Assembly (NCBI GenBank): GCA_039621445.1
Contig: CP154954.1
Location: forward strand, 15,395,805 to 15,459,804
DNA from: Euglena gracilis
Lineage: Eukaryota
DNA length: 64,000 nt
Reading direction: 5' to 3'
Shown here: positions 51,141 through 64,000 of the stretch, piece by piece
Position numbering within the stretch: position 1 is the first letter of the stretch
Layout of the letters: every line of letters starts with the position of its first letter
The notes under the pieces: model-generated
The model's database searches: none
What the model saw: the letters and a program-made list of their open reading frames with translations, nothing else
Told to the model about the DNA's origin: nothing
Position numbers and translations under genes: made by a program

Positions 51141-51665
51141 AGTTACAAGGTTCAAGGTCCAGGTGTTTTGCTTGAAAGTTGAGTACGTCGAAAGAAAAGT
51201 TAATGAACAGCTTGAGCAGAGTTTTTTGAGGAGGTGATTCAGAAGTTCATCGTGCTGTGCTGCAGAAGTTATTGGTACCTTGGTTCCGTTTATGTTTCAG
51301 CTGTGTTTTGCCTTGCCCAAATGTGAAGAAAAAAAATATCTTTCAAACTGTTTTTGTTTTGTCAAACCAGCAACTGCAACATTCACCCCCCTCCCCATTT
51401 TGGTGCCGCATATTGGAGGCCACACCTTTGCCACAGAGGGGGAAACATTTTGGGTCCAGCTTGTTGGCACATTTTGGGGACATTTTGGTGCACATCTTGG
51501 CGGCAGTTTGGTGCCTCAGCTGGGAACCAAATCCGGAACGGGGGAGAAGGAAAACAAACAAAGGAATAAGAATACAACAGAATACCACCTGTGGAGAGAG
51601 AAGGGGCTCACGCGGCCTAGGAGGGACACTCCGAGCCGAAGTTCATGGCGGGTGAGATATTTACA
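51141..51665 (-). mobile_element. Probable solo LTR (TGTAA...GTAACT on the minus strand)
   Basis: Flanks TTCA/TTAA. Shares the 18-mer AATACCACCTGTGGAGAG (51581) with the LTR at 56039. Confidence 0.5.
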
Positions 51666-52229
51666 TTAAATTGTCCGCAGATGCAGTGGGGACTGTGGGA
51701 GGTGCGAGAGTCGAAGGTGAAGTAGATGAAGGGCGGTGAGGGGCACAGTACGGAGGGGAGACAGCGAGTGTGAGAGGAAAGTGTACAGCGGCAGGGAAGG
51801 TTCAATAGAAGGGAAGGTTCAATAGAAACGGCCATGGGGACTGTTGAGTGTTGAGTGTTGAGGTTGTGGCAGCGACATGTTTAGGTTTGGGTTTAGGGGA
51901 GTTGGCGCAGGGAAGGCTCTGTTTTCAGTGCGGTTAGGGTTTGGTCGTCTTTTTAGACTTGTGGTTGGTTATGCGTACGGTTGGTGTGTCATGGAGTCTT
52001 CGACCCTGTGGTCAAATTGCTTACTCCGTCTGAAATGGGCAATGGGTGGTGGGATCCACCGTTCCAGATGGCTCCACCGCTGTTCGACAAGCCAATTGAC
52101 GGCCACTTCTCTTGTCAATGTGGGACACAGGTTGCTGATGGTTGGGTACCGTTGTTTACTTTATTGACAAGTTGTGAATGGTGTAAGGACAAATGTTTGT
52201 TCTGGGTCTAGGGGTCGTAATGGTCTTCT

Positions 52230-55200
52230 TTACAGACAATACGGTTGGTGTATGGTGTTGGTTACGTCTGGATCTGTGTCGTTGCCTGCATACCGTCCCC
52301 AGATTACTTGTCGCGCGATCTCTCGCGCAACAGTGATTGATAGAAGTTGCCATGTGTCGGCTTCAGTTTTGCGTTTTGACCATGCATCTTGTTGACCGAG
52401 GAGAAGCTTCATCAGTGTTGACATTAAGGTTAGCGCTTCTTGGCCTAAGCCGCCATAGCAGTCAACAACAAATGGAATGCAGGTCCATCCCATCCTCCCA
52501 CAGGTGGCATCATATTTTGAATGTTTTTCCTTCTCTTGGCGTTCATACCATTCAGTTAGTTCAGCTGCGTCACGCAACGGTCTGTACGGTGCTGCTGTGT
52601 GTCTCACTGTGATATCCACTGCTCCAAGACCATTGGCGTCAAGTCTGCTAATGAGCACATCGCCCGGGCGTGTTCTCTCTGGACCTCCTTGTTCTTTTTT
52701 TGCTGTAAACCCAGCATCATGTGCTAGTTGGAACACAAAGTCCTGGATTGCACCATGTCGCCGCGTGATGCCATTTGAGCTGCAGCATACAAGGTGATTA
52801 CCCAGGTTGTCCATTGGCTTGGTGCAGCGTGGGCACGTTGATCCCGTTGGTGGGCAAACTGGTGCTCCCAGTGACCACTTTAGAAATCCTTTGAATTCGG
52901 CAGAAGCAACCAATGTTTTCAGTCCAGAGGATGGTGTGACAGAAGCCCAGGCCATTGCGTGGGGCCGCTGTTGGCTTGCGAAGCGGACAGCGTCTTGACC
53001 GTGAAGGTTGGAGGATAATACCTTTTGTCGTTGTTTCGCAAAGCATTCACCCCACCACTTCTGTTGAATGTGAGGGCTTTGGGCTTCGTTCAAGAGTGAT
53101 ACATCCGCGGCCCATGTTTGCGTTGGGGGAGTTCCTTCGAGGATGGAGTTGGCAGAGGACAGGCACTTAACAGTGTCTTTCGGTACTCCTCGGTCTGCCA
53201 GACCCAGGGTGCGTCTGCCATTGCTGACAAACGTCACAATGCCGGATATCCGTGCTGGGAGACGTTCCCGTGATGGGTCCCGAATTCCGAGTCCGCCATG
53301 ACGCACAGGTAGGGTGGCATGAGCCCATTGATTGTCATCGACGGGGGATCCGACAATGTTGCTCATTGTGTTCCTGATTTCTTTGGTCAACAAAGCACAT
53401 GCGTCATTTGCCTGCCCCAGTTCTGTTGCACGCATGAGGTCATTAACTTTGCATGCATCTAGGCAGGTTCGTAAGAGGCAGAACTGAATTTGGGCCTGCG
53501 GCAGGTTCAAAAGGGCCCGGCAAGCTTTCTGCACACTTGTTGCACGTTCAGCCCACACTTCCCCCGCAAAGCCTCCGCTTTGTGGACAGCATACCGGGAT
53601 TCCCAGGGCCCGTATACCAGAATCGGGGGAGTAGTTCACGATTGGGACCGCACGAAGTGGGCTGTTTTGCGGCATTTCAGCACGATTGGCTTCTGTTGCG
53701 GCAGGGCCCCACAGGCGGCATTTTTTTGCGTTGAGGTGTATGCCTAGTAGCGTCCCCTGTCGTTGAATTTCTGTAATTGCTGCATGTAATTGTGGGAGGG
53801 TTCCCAGGATGTGTCCATCATCCAAATACCACAATTGGAGTGGCACAACCTCTTGCAAGGACTCAACGAGGGGTTGCAAAGCCAAGGCGAATCCGGCTGG
53901 GCCACAAGGGTCCCCTTGTTGTACGCCAGAGGCACTCCGAAGGTGTGATGACCCACAAAAGAGCGGGCTGTGTTCGGCGTAGCAACTCTCGAACCAAACA
54001 TACGCCTCCGGACAGCGTTTAGCCACTTCAGCAAGGACTGTCTTTCTTTTTACGCAATTAAAAGCATTGCTGACATCTACCTGTAACAAAGCCCAGGTGC
54101 TGTCCTGTTGCATGTGCAGGTGATTTACTTCTTGCTGCAGTCCCATAGCAATGAGTTCACATGCCCCCTGGACCCCTACACCGCATTGTAGTGGCTGCAG
54201 TTCTTTAAGGCGGTCCCTGATTTTAGGGTGTCTCATCAAATATTTGCCCACCAATCGACGCAGGCATTCCCCAGCTGCAATTGGTCGCGTGCCATCCTTC
54301 TTTGGGTCAGGAATGGGGTTGGCATTGCCAAGCTCATCAAGGTTTTCGCTTGGATTGCAGGGTTTTCGAAGAGGAGTCAAACTGGCACCAGCGAAAATCC
54401 ATGCCACTGAGTTGTGAATTCCGTTTGTCAAACATGTTCGGATGAATTGGTCCAAAATTGTGAGGAGTTGTTCAGATTGTGTCCCCAGGGGATCAGAGAG
54501 CATGTCTTTGAGATGATCTGGACGAAGTCCAGACGGTCCCGGTGAGGATTCCTTCGGGAAAGACATGACTGCTTTCCGTATTTCAATTAGGCGCTCCCTG
54601 GTTGCTTCTTCACTGAGATCGAATTCGAGGCGACGGAAGTCCGGAGGCAGGTTTTGCCTTCCAGGTTGGGGTTCAGGAGGGTGCAAGGCAGCCAACCGTT
54701 CAAAGATTAGCGGGTCATCTGCATCTTGGATTCCATCAGAAGTCAGCATGCGGCAGGCTTTACTGACTGCCCCATGGGTGACAAGGCTTTGAACACGGTT
54801 GCACAATCTTTCTTGGCTTTCTGCCTCGAAATTTTTTGTCTGAACTTCGTGTTCTCTTCTTTGGGTTTTGAGCATCGCGAGTTTGGCGAGTCTCATCCCA
54901 CGAATCTTCGGTGGACCGGTTGAGGTAGGCATTGGCTCTCTCAGTAATTTTCCGTCCAACTGCAGCCCAATGGCTTTTCCCGCTGCGCTTCAATGGAGCA
55001 AGCACAGCTTTTGGGAAGCACCAAAGTGCGTGTAGGGTCTCCCATCCTGGCTTGGACACAAAGCGACTGAGGGTGCTGCAAAAGGCGAGCCCTACGTTTC
55101 GCAACGCTCCCCGTGGGATATGGACCAACGTGCCTCGACTGTCTTGGGAAATTTCTTCCCAAGATGGGTGCAGTGGTGGGCAAGGTTGCGAAAAGGGGGT

Positions 55201-55755
55201 GACTTGCATCGTATCAGCGTTCATCGAGGATTGCGCTGGTGCTGGGGCAACGGGGGCCTGCGGCCTTCGACCATTCTGGCACTCTAGCTCTTGCCTTTGT
55301 GGAAAGGACGGCACAAAATTCTCAGTCAAGCCCTGGCCCTGCGGCGCATGCCCGTGAATTTCGGAAATCGCTGAGCGCACCCGGGACTCTAGTTCGTCAA
55401 TGACCATGATTTGCTCAGCTGCGGGTGCCCCGGGGCCCCCATTCAAACTGGGAAACGGCATTACAGCCTGGGACAAAGTAGGCGAGAACAGCGGCGTCGA
55501 GTGCATTGGAAACCAAGATCCAAGGAGTGGTCGCTGCGTCGGCGGCACAGCGGAGGTCTGTGCGGCTGAGGCCATTTCAACGTCTTCCTGCTGGGGAGGG
55601 CGGGTTTCTGTGGGACCTGGGTTGCTTTCAATGTCGCCACAACTGGCAAGGCTTTTACCCCTGCCACAGCGGGGGGGACTGTACCCATACCGCGGTTTTC
55701 CCTGGTCAATCAGTTGCCGTACATGGTTGGCGTGCCCTGGGGCCACGTTGGACAA
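52230..55755 (-). CDS. CRE-like non-LTR retrotransposon ORF: RT, CCHC finger and restriction-like endonuclease (one frameshift near 54835; 5' end cut by the LTR insertion)
   Basis: RT: SPGPSGLR, RPIAAGE, VDVSNAFN, GVQQGDPCGP, WYLDDG. C-terminus: CPRC-x8-H-x3-C, RRH, RPGD..D..EKEKHSKY. Confidence 0.93.
55612..55650 (-). other. 2A-like ribosomal skipping (StopGo) motif LASCGDIESNPGP
   Basis: Exact match to the D(V/I)ExNPGP consensus near the start of the retrotransposon ORF. Confidence 0.85.
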
Positions 55756-55770
55756 TTTAAAAGGCCCTGG

Positions 55771-56215
55771 AGTATACGTCCCCTGACTCTATTCCCACTG
55801 CCTGTCGGCCTACTTACACCCTCCCGTGGGAACAGAACCAGGAGAGTAACAAAAAGAAAATCTTTTACTTAACTATTAGTTTTTATTGCCTTTGGGCTTA
55901 TGCAGAGCACAAGGCAGGTGGAGGAGCCCTATGGGCTACGGAAATCGATGCCAAGTTCTTGGCTGTCCTTTCAGGACTTCAAATCAGAAAAATCAAACTT
56001 GAAACAGAAGTCTTGAATCAAAGACCAGAATGGAATAAAATACCACCTGTGGAGAGGAGAACCAGAATTAGGCTTAGGTATTCCTAATTCAGGCCGTTGG
56101 CCATCTGTAGGCATACCACCTAGCATAGTACTGTGTATGGGGCTCAGAGCTATATCTGGCCGTAGGCTTATACCTACATACACAGTACCATGGCCTTACG
56201 GCTGCCTGGTACACA
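55771..56215 (-). repeat. 3' LTR (TGTGTAC...GTATACT, ~445 bp)
   Basis: Preceded on the minus strand by the purine tract GGGAGGGGGA (56216-56225). Distal 69 bp identical to the window end. Confidence 0.75.
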
Positions 56216-59200
56216 TCCCCCTCCCAGGGCTATGCCCGATTTCCCTACTGGACCAGGCCAGTCGGAATGCCAGACACAGTCCTGGGGACGGGGACCTGTC
56301 ACAGCGCCGTTTGCGGCTTTTGGTTCTCCTGTCACCAGGGGTGTGGGAAGGAAATTGCGAAATAACGCAAAAACGCGCAAAAGTGGTTAACCGCTTATGC
56401 GGTGCCTACTTATTGCGGCAAAGGGGTGGAAGTGGAAGAGCCCATTGAAAAATGGGGCTGGAAGGTTTCCATTCCAGAAAGTCCCGTCCACCCGGTTTGG
56501 GGTGTGTCTATGACACGCGGGGAGGTCTCGTTCCATAATCGGAAAAGATTGAAGGGTAGGGTGTGGAAGGAGGAGGCACCTGGCCAGTCATACCTGACCA
56601 TTGAAGAAAGCCTATTTACAAAACCAACTGCCGTCGACAGCGATTTTGCCCGGGGGGGGAAAGGGGAGAGGAGTGGGGGATGGTCTAAAGACCTTACAAA
56701 GAAATTTTTGCTGTCTGGCAGTCTTATGGGGGCCTTAAGGCCGAAAAGTAACAAGTTGGGAACTATTATTACGGTGTGCGCGCTGTGCGCTGTGCGTCTT
56801 CTTAATGGCGGCCTATACCGCTGGGGAAGACTTAAGACTTCGCAGCGCGGCACGGACACGATGTTGTCGATGGGGTATCCCCAGAGGCGTATACCTCAGA
56901 ATAGAGGGCAGTAGCCCTAAAAACTGTAGATTTCTCTTTTTTTGCCTTGGGTGTGCAGCCTGTAGGCTGAAGGGTTGGCATTAGCCAAAAATAATGGGGG
57001 GGTAGGCTTTATCGCCAGAAACATTGCCTTGCGGAATATGCATGGCACAAAATACCACTGGGTGTATACCGGAATCAAAAAAAATTCGGCAGATTGCCAA
57101 AAAGATCATAATGAGGTGTACAACCGCATAAAAAATGCGGAATTGTGGCAGGCTGCTGCCAATTCACAGAACAACTGTGGTTGGTGTGGTTTATACCACT
57201 TTGAAAATCCGCAAATGAAATGTGAATGCACATAAAAGGATGGAACATTGTTCCAGTGCGGTGAAATTCATCACAAAAAGCTGGATTTCACCATTTTTGA
57301 GCGATGTTTCTTATAAACCTTGCAGAATGACACCATTGGTGTTGCCTTTGGGTCTTCCGAATTACATCGGTAAGGGGATCCCACTGAATGAAGTTGGGGG
57401 GGATCCGAATTATATCGGTAAGGGGGTCCCACTGAATAAAGTGGGGAGGGGTGCGGCAAGAATGCCGTCAGTGTGGTAAGCAGAAAAAAATACTGCAAAT
57501 ATGACAAAATCTCATCATTGGTGACTATGCCAATGAGAAATACTGACTTTTGTCAGATTTTTAGAGAAATCCCTATCAGGATTTAGGGCAGAAAAGCAGA
57601 TTCTTTGTCGAGAGTTGCATTTCTGTAACCAAAAGTGCAACTTTGTTGCATTTTGAGTCATTTAAAACTGCAAATTCGCCAAGTGCACATAGTGCTTGTT
57701 GAGAGTGTCCAATAACACTGCATGTTTGTTGTTTTTACAGATTTTGGGATTTGGGTGTCTAATAACACCACATCACCCAAAAAGCTGTAAAATTGTGCAA
57801 AAAAATATCGCAAAAAGCAAAAATAAGCTTGAGAATACAAGTAAAACATGTCTATGACATCTTGAGCAAAGGAAAAATTGCCGTTATCAGCAAATCCCTT
57901 TGCATTCCACTCTGGCATAGTGCCTCATGGTCACTCCCATTAGGGATATGAGTGCCAGGACGGAGAAAAATCACCAAAAATTGCAGAAAATCAATGATTT
58001 AGATGAAAATTTGCACATAAGTGCTCCTAAAAATGATTCTAGTGAGTCGAATTGGCTCCAAATTGTGGGCTATAGCCCTCTGAACTGTACCAGGCCTAAT
58101 AGCCCATACAGAGGGGGCAATGGGCAGAATGCTGCCAAAGGTACTAAAAATGGCCATTAGCCAATCTGGTAACCAATCGTAATTAGCCATCAGAAACGAT
58201 GTAGGGAACAGTATAGAAGCCTTTCAGGTTGATTTGCCAGTCTGGTACACGATCGTACAAGATCTGGCTCAAAATTTGGCTTTTGGCCGGATTGGCTGGG
58301 CTTAATTCAATTTTTCACGATCTCCTCAAATAAGAGTACCGTGCAGAGTTACAGCGATCTGTTTGCACCGCTGGACGGCTCATCGAACGAGCTTTCGAAT
58401 GAGGGGTAACATGGCCTATCGACCAGCTACAGGCGCTGAGATACGTCTTTGATCTTTTGCCTGTGTGAGTGAGCTTTTGCTATAAGCTCCCATAATTTAT
58501 TCTACAAAGACAACTTTTGGTTTCTATCTCATACGCACTACTACATACAGTCAAAACCTCATGGTACGAGGTGCCAGAAATTTTGAAGCTTTTGTGGTGG
58601 TTTTGGGCTATGCCAAAGTGACACTTATGCAAATCTGCATAAAACTAGCCTATTTGGCTTGTTTTGGCCAATTCAGCCACTTTCAGCCATGTAATATGGC
58701 TTTTTGTGCCATTTTTTGAGGTCCTATGGACTTTTCACTTTATAATATGGATTTGTGGACCTTTGGTCCTTTTGGTCCTTGCAATTTGTGCAAATACGTC
58801 CTATGGACCCATGGACCACATGGGTAATGGCCCATAGGCCTTGCACATCATAGGGTGTATTGGTCACATAGACCTAAGGCTAAGTGGTCAAGTCCACAAA
58901 AATGCATGTTTGAATGAAATATCTTCATTTTGGGGGGGGTGGGCAACTATGTTGCAGATTTTCTCAAGGAATTCAACTTATTTCCCCATCGGGATTCACT
59001 TCTGCAATATGAAAAAGGCCATTTTGTTCACAAAATAGCTGTTCTTCACAAAGCTGTGCAAGTTTATGGGAAAAATGCAGTATTTGCAATGTATCCCAAA
59101 AACTTATCACACACCTTGTGTTTTTGCAAATAACTTTGAAGTGGACGCAATTGTGCGCTTGAATGATCAAAACACCTTTGGTGTTCGCCAATTTGGCCAA

Positions 59201-60497
59201 CAAGTTCATGGTCAAAGAAGGGGGGATGGCTACTTTTGTTGCTTAAGTAAACCAAATCTGCATTTTGAGCATGTGGTTTGCAAATAAACAACAAAAGTGC
59301 CATTGTGAAATATGTACACAAACATCTTTGGGACTTATTCCCAAAAGAATATGGTTGCGTTGGGCAGATACCCATTTGTAAGAATACGCAGGGGGGGGCG
59401 CATCTTGTGGGGGGGGGGGCTGTTTGTGGGCTGCGCAATATGCGCGGTGGGCATGCGGTGGAGGTGTGCGCTATGCGCGGTGTGCAAAACAACATGCACG
59501 CGATGAGCGCTATGCGCGTGCGGAGCGCAATATGCGCGGGGGTGTGAGCCACATAGGCGCGGTGGTTGGGGCCGCCATATAGCGCGGGGGGGGGCATTAT
59601 GCGCTATGCGCGCGAGGGTGGGTGGCGCCATAGGCGCAGCGTCTGTGTTATACGCACTTTGCGCAATATGCGCAGGGAGGCGCCAAAGGCGAGGGGGGTG
59701 GTGGGTGCCATTGGCGCTCGAGTGGCGGGGGCGCCATAGGCGCGGGGCTGGTGGTAAGTTTGGTTTCGGTTATTTCCTTTTGTGTTTGGTTATTGGTTGT
59801 GTGGGAATTTCTCTATTAGTGCACTCTTTGGGGGGAGGTGCTGAGTAGTTGTCCTTGTCGCGCGTGTTGGTCTGGGGGGGTGGAGTGTGTAAGAAAACTT
59901 GTATGCGAATTTGAGCTGCGGGGGGTGTACAGGATTGTCTGCAATCGACAAACCTGGTGGAGAACGAAAAATGGAAGCAGCTGGGCGACTACTCGACACC
60001 ATTCGAATTTCAGGCCTTAGGGCTTTCGTCTTGGAACCCAGTGAAACGATGGGGGGTTAAGCTACTTGTTACCCCTACCGCATGTGGCACGTTTGTGGAT
60101 ATGCGGTGGGTAGGGGGGGCACTTTCTCTTTACCCCGGGTTGAAAACGGTGTTTGTGTTGTTGAAAACGGTGTTGCTGTCATCGAAAAAGGTGTGTAAAA
60201 GTGATGATTAGTGGGAGTTTTGGGGGGGGGGGAATAATTTTGCGGTGTTGTGTGCATTCTTGGAGCGGGAATCAATTCAACCACATGGACATTCATGGGG
60301 TATCCCATGATAAACCACAACCGGAAACACAAAACTGTCTATATGTCAAATGTTTGGCAGAATTTTGAGCGGGGACACCGGAAAATCCTGGAACGATGAC
60401 CAGAAAGGATACTGGGCAGGGGATGACTAGGGTCATGACTCCTGTCACCTCCTTTCTAGTAGCCTCTGTAGTCCGCATCCCTGGGTTTCGGGTGTCT

Positions 60498-63400
60498 TTA
60501 CTCAAAATCCGAACCGGTGGCCATATCAGCCCTTGACTTTTTGGACGCATATACGTCTCTGAATTTATGAGCCCTAAAGCAGGGATGATCCCTTTGGTTA
60601 CGTGGGGTATCATCCCCCTCCCTGCCCGAAGCCGGGTGATAACCCTCGATAGAGGTTGTTCTTTGACCTACCATATGCCTTTTGGCGGAAGTATGACCTT
60701 TTGAACTGCGAGTCATATCGCGATGGCTATGGCTTGGGTGGGGAGGAGTCGCATAGCGACATTTGGGTGAGGGGTGGTTGGTGGATCCGCACAGTGAACA
60801 TGTGGATCGTGATCGATATTTTGATTTTTGCGAATGCACGTCTTGTGAAAAACGAGAACTGCATTGTGAGGCTGATCCTCTTGGGCTTGCGTTGCGCTTT
60901 CGCGCTGCGGGATTTGGACAATGGCAAGATATATGACCCTTTTTGTTACACAAAAAGCACAGTTTGTCCAAAAATTCATCTAAAGAGCGCGAATCACGCA
61001 ATTTGGATTCCGCTATAGCGGTATGTGATAAGCGTGACACTTTTTTCAAAGAACTGACTTGGATAGCGGGTATTCCTGCTGTGGGGTGGCTCGTATAAGC
61101 CGACTGGATTTGTCCTAGAAGCTGTGATAGCTTCAACTGTTTGGAAACATAGTTCCATCGCTCATCGAGCGTCAAAATATGTCCTGCGAGTTCCTCGCGG
61201 TGAATATCTTTGATGAGTTTGGGTATAAAGTGCAGTAATACTGCATCAAATTGCTCTTTCATTTGCGTCTACTTCGGCTGCCAAAGAAAGCCATTTTGAG
61301 TACCATAGGTCTATCGACCTCCATTTTCGGTCATGGGGGGCACATTGCCGCCATTTTTTTCCAGAATGATTCTGGAAACTAAACTGGAACATGATGAAGC
61401 ATATTGCTCAACCAAATCCTGAAAAGAAATGCGCCCGCGAATGACCAATTGTCTGGCGCGTTCCTTTTCATCTTTTGGTAGACAATCTACGAATTCCATT
61501 TTGATCACCTCTGGGTTTCCATTGTGGGTTGATCCTTTCAGATCCCAATAATATTCCCAATCACGGAAAAACTGTTTCCATGTTGTTGGGTCACCGTCCC
61601 ATTGGGGCTTTACCTTTTTCGCGATAGCGATGATTCCTTTTATATCTTTCTGAGTCTCCCATGGCCCTTTGGTGGTATTCAAGGAGGTTGGGCCTGGGCG
61701 CAAAGCCGCACCATGCGCGGGTACCTCGGTGGTTGCACCAAGTGTACTTTTGGGTGTATTTTGTGAATGCGCATTCAATTTTCCACTTGGTGTACCATAG
61801 GTACCTTGCAAACTTGGTGAATCGCGAATGCGCGAATGGTGATGCTGATGCATCTCAGGATCAATACCATGTGCGGGAGTGCGGCTCATACCGGGTTTTT
61901 GTTGTAATAAACGCAATTGTGCGTGTACTTGATCCAAATTTTCTGTAAAGTCACCAAAATTTTTCTCCAAATCATCGAGAATTTTCAGATGATCGGTGAT
62001 TGCACCAATATCTTCCTGCAAACGCTTAATACGCCTGCGGTGTTTGGACATATCGTCCAAAAGAGGGATTTTGTCAGAAAAAGACCGGAAATCTTGCGAA
62101 ATTTTTCCAAAACCACCTTCCAATTCCCGTAGTCGCACAGCTAGAGTGTGCACCGCTTCGGAAATAGATTCCAGTTGTGGAGGTGGTTTGGAAGGAGGGG
62201 TATTTTGCGGATTCCGCACGTTTTCAGCCATTGGCTGTTCCAAACACACAGAAACTTGCGCAGATAGCGCTAAGAAATCTTTTTGCAAGTTTTTGACTTG
62301 CTGATTTACTGTTTCCTCGGTCCGTATCGGACTGTCACAAAATTTTCTCCTGACTTGGTGATTTTCATTACGCATATCTGCAGAAAATCGCTGAAATTCT
62401 AAATTTTGTGAACATGGTACCGTATTGCGGTTTTGCAACTCCGCAATTGCGGTTTGGATGTCAACAATATTATTCTGCCACCGTTGGTGGTAAGCATCCT
62501 GCCTGCTTGCGATATTCGCGATATGGGCGTAAAAACTTGTTATATCAGCAGAATTTTCACCACACCTACATGATTTTCGCTCCAACTTGGAAAGTCTTTC
62601 CTCCAGTTGCTGCACATAAGTGCTGGAAGCGAAACCTTCACCAGGTTGGGTGTGCACATGGTGAAAATTTGCCGATTCACGGCTCAGTTGCATAATGCGC
62701 TGTTGCGCTTCCTGGAATGCAGCAGCTAGGGTATCGAACTGCTTCAAGGTAACAAAATCTCCCATATCAGGATTTTTGTGGTCAAAAAGTGCCATTATTG
62801 GCTCCACTTTTGTCAACAAATTTTGCAAACTATGTTGCATGTGCAAAAATGCCGCATCATCGCTGGATTGCACCTCACACAAATTTTCGCTCAGTCTCTG
62901 AGAGTTTTGTGCGGGTGTGTCCTCCGTTGGAGGACATGCCAGCATGTGGTGAACCACATCAGTGGGTTGTTTGTCAATTGTGCCTGTAGGCACCGTTGCG
63001 ACATCCTGATGCAGGGAAATACAACAAGATGCGTGACTTTTATAATCACACTGGGCGATGGGTTGCTCGATGGAGCCACACGCCGATAGGCGTTGCACAC
63101 ATTGCGCAGCAGGGTTATCGCCTAAATCAAACACCGTTAGGTGTGGAAACTCCTGGGTGGGGAGATGCTCGATGGAGCTTGATACCTTTAGGCGTTGCAC
63201 CCTTTGGGTGTTGGAATGCTCGATAGAGCTGGGAACGGTGGGAGAATGCTCCATAGAGCTGGGGGTTGGACGTAATTGCTCGATAGAGCTGTCCACTGTG
63301 GCGGGATGCTCGATAGAGCGGGACACCGTTAGGTGTGGCACCCATTGGGTGGGGGGTTGCTCGATAGAGCTGTGGGGGGAATGCTCAATAGAGCTGGAAA

Positions 63401-63686
63401 ACGGGGTGGGGGAATGCTTGATAGAGCTCGAAAGCGGGGTGGGGGAATGCTCGGTAGAGCTGAAAATTATGGTAAGGGGATGCTCAATAGAGCTGAAAAC
63501 TGGGGTGTGGGGATGCTCAATAGAGCTGGAAACCACTGGGGTGGGGGAATGCTCAATAGAGCTGGGAGTTGCCCCATATAGGGCCACACACCTGGGTTGG
63601 AGCATATACTCCTGCAACAAATCTTCATCAAAGTTTCTCAAAGAACCAATCAAAGCTTTTGATGTGTTGGTGCTTGAGCTCTGCAT
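60498..63686 (-). pseudogene. gag-like polyprotein (frameshifted ~61260-61360): SSIEH-repeat region, coiled coil, capsid-like region, CCHC knuckles
   Basis: ORF 61311..63737 has PQWDGDPTTWKQFFRDWE. ORF 60498..61262 has CFLCNKKGHISCHC and CSLCGSTNHPSPKC. Confidence 0.8.
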
Positions 63687-63921
63687 ATTTTTATTTATTT
63701 GCAGAAACAAGCACAAGAAAGCCCAAAAAGTAAGCAAAGGAACAAACTCAGAAGGATGTGGCAGCGTATACTGCCCAGAGCCTCCTGAAGCTCGTACCTG
63801 TGCTTAGAAGTTGGCTCCAAACAGCTCGTGGATGCTTTGTGGCCTATAGCCTCAACACCACTCACTGTTTGAAGTCACCTGTTAAGATGGGGGGAAGAAG
63901 GGGCGTAGGAAAGAAACCTAA

Positions 63922-63931
63922 TCTGCTACCA
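63922..63931 (-). promoter_or_regulatory. Primer-binding site TGGTAGCAGA (complement of the initiator tRNA-Met 3' end)
   Basis: Directly adjacent to the 5' LTR end at 63932. Matches the ...UCUGCUACCA 3' end found in many eukaryotic initiator tRNAs. Confidence 0.85.
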
Positions 63932-64000
63932 AGTATACGTCCCCTGACTCTATTCCCACTGCCTGTCGGCCTACTTACACCCTCCCGTGGGAACAGAACC
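63932..64000 (-). repeat. 5' LTR (partial)
   Basis: 69/69 identity with 55771-55839. Confidence 0.9.

Larger units (their letters stand above)
55771..64000 (-). mobile_element. LTR retrotransposon, gag only (no pol recognised); 5' LTR runs off the window
   Basis: 55771-55839 is identical to 63932-64000. PBS next to the 5' LTR, PPT next to the 3' LTR, and a gag with zinc knuckles. Confidence 0.88.

Noticed and set aside
51660-52230. Spliced-leader RNA gene or telomere array as the CRE target
   Set aside because: No SL exon recognised. There are only scattered TTAGGG-like words and (GTTGAGT)3, and the 3' end of the element could not be fixed.
63058-63807. Plus-strand 249-aa CSIEL-repeat protein
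   Set aside because: Antisense shadow of the gag minisatellite.

Overview
Repeat-dominated eukaryotic DNA with no intact host gene. A captured EF-1alpha fragment resembles euglenozoan (Euglena-like) EF-1alpha, so a euglenid-like protist is my tentative inference. 1-17.2 kb: G/C-homopolymer-rich MITE debris and a 47-bp satellite (3.8-5.9 kb). 17.3-45 kb: a nested cluster of DIRS1-type tyrosine-recombinase (YR) retrotransposons. It holds one near-intact minus-strand element (A; gag, RT-RNaseH-methyltransferase and YR, with ITRs and ICR) inserted in the first of six head-to-tail plus-strand relatives (B1-B6), which are always separated by exactly 19 bp. 47-51.7 kb: a TA-flanked Tc1/mariner-type non-autonomous element carrying an intron-containing EF-1alpha fragment, plus two LTR-like inserts with TGT...ACT ends. 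52.2-55.8 kb: a CRE-like RT/REL non-LTR retrotransposon with a 2A-like DIESNPGP motif. 55.8-64 kb: a gag-only LTR element with a tRNA-iMet PBS. The most novel signal is the DIRS integration pattern: a palindromic circle junction with a 6-bp core, and successive insertions 19 bp apart in one DIRS-terminus-like target. Many frameshifts lie in homopolymers and may be sequencing errors. All alignments were done by eye.
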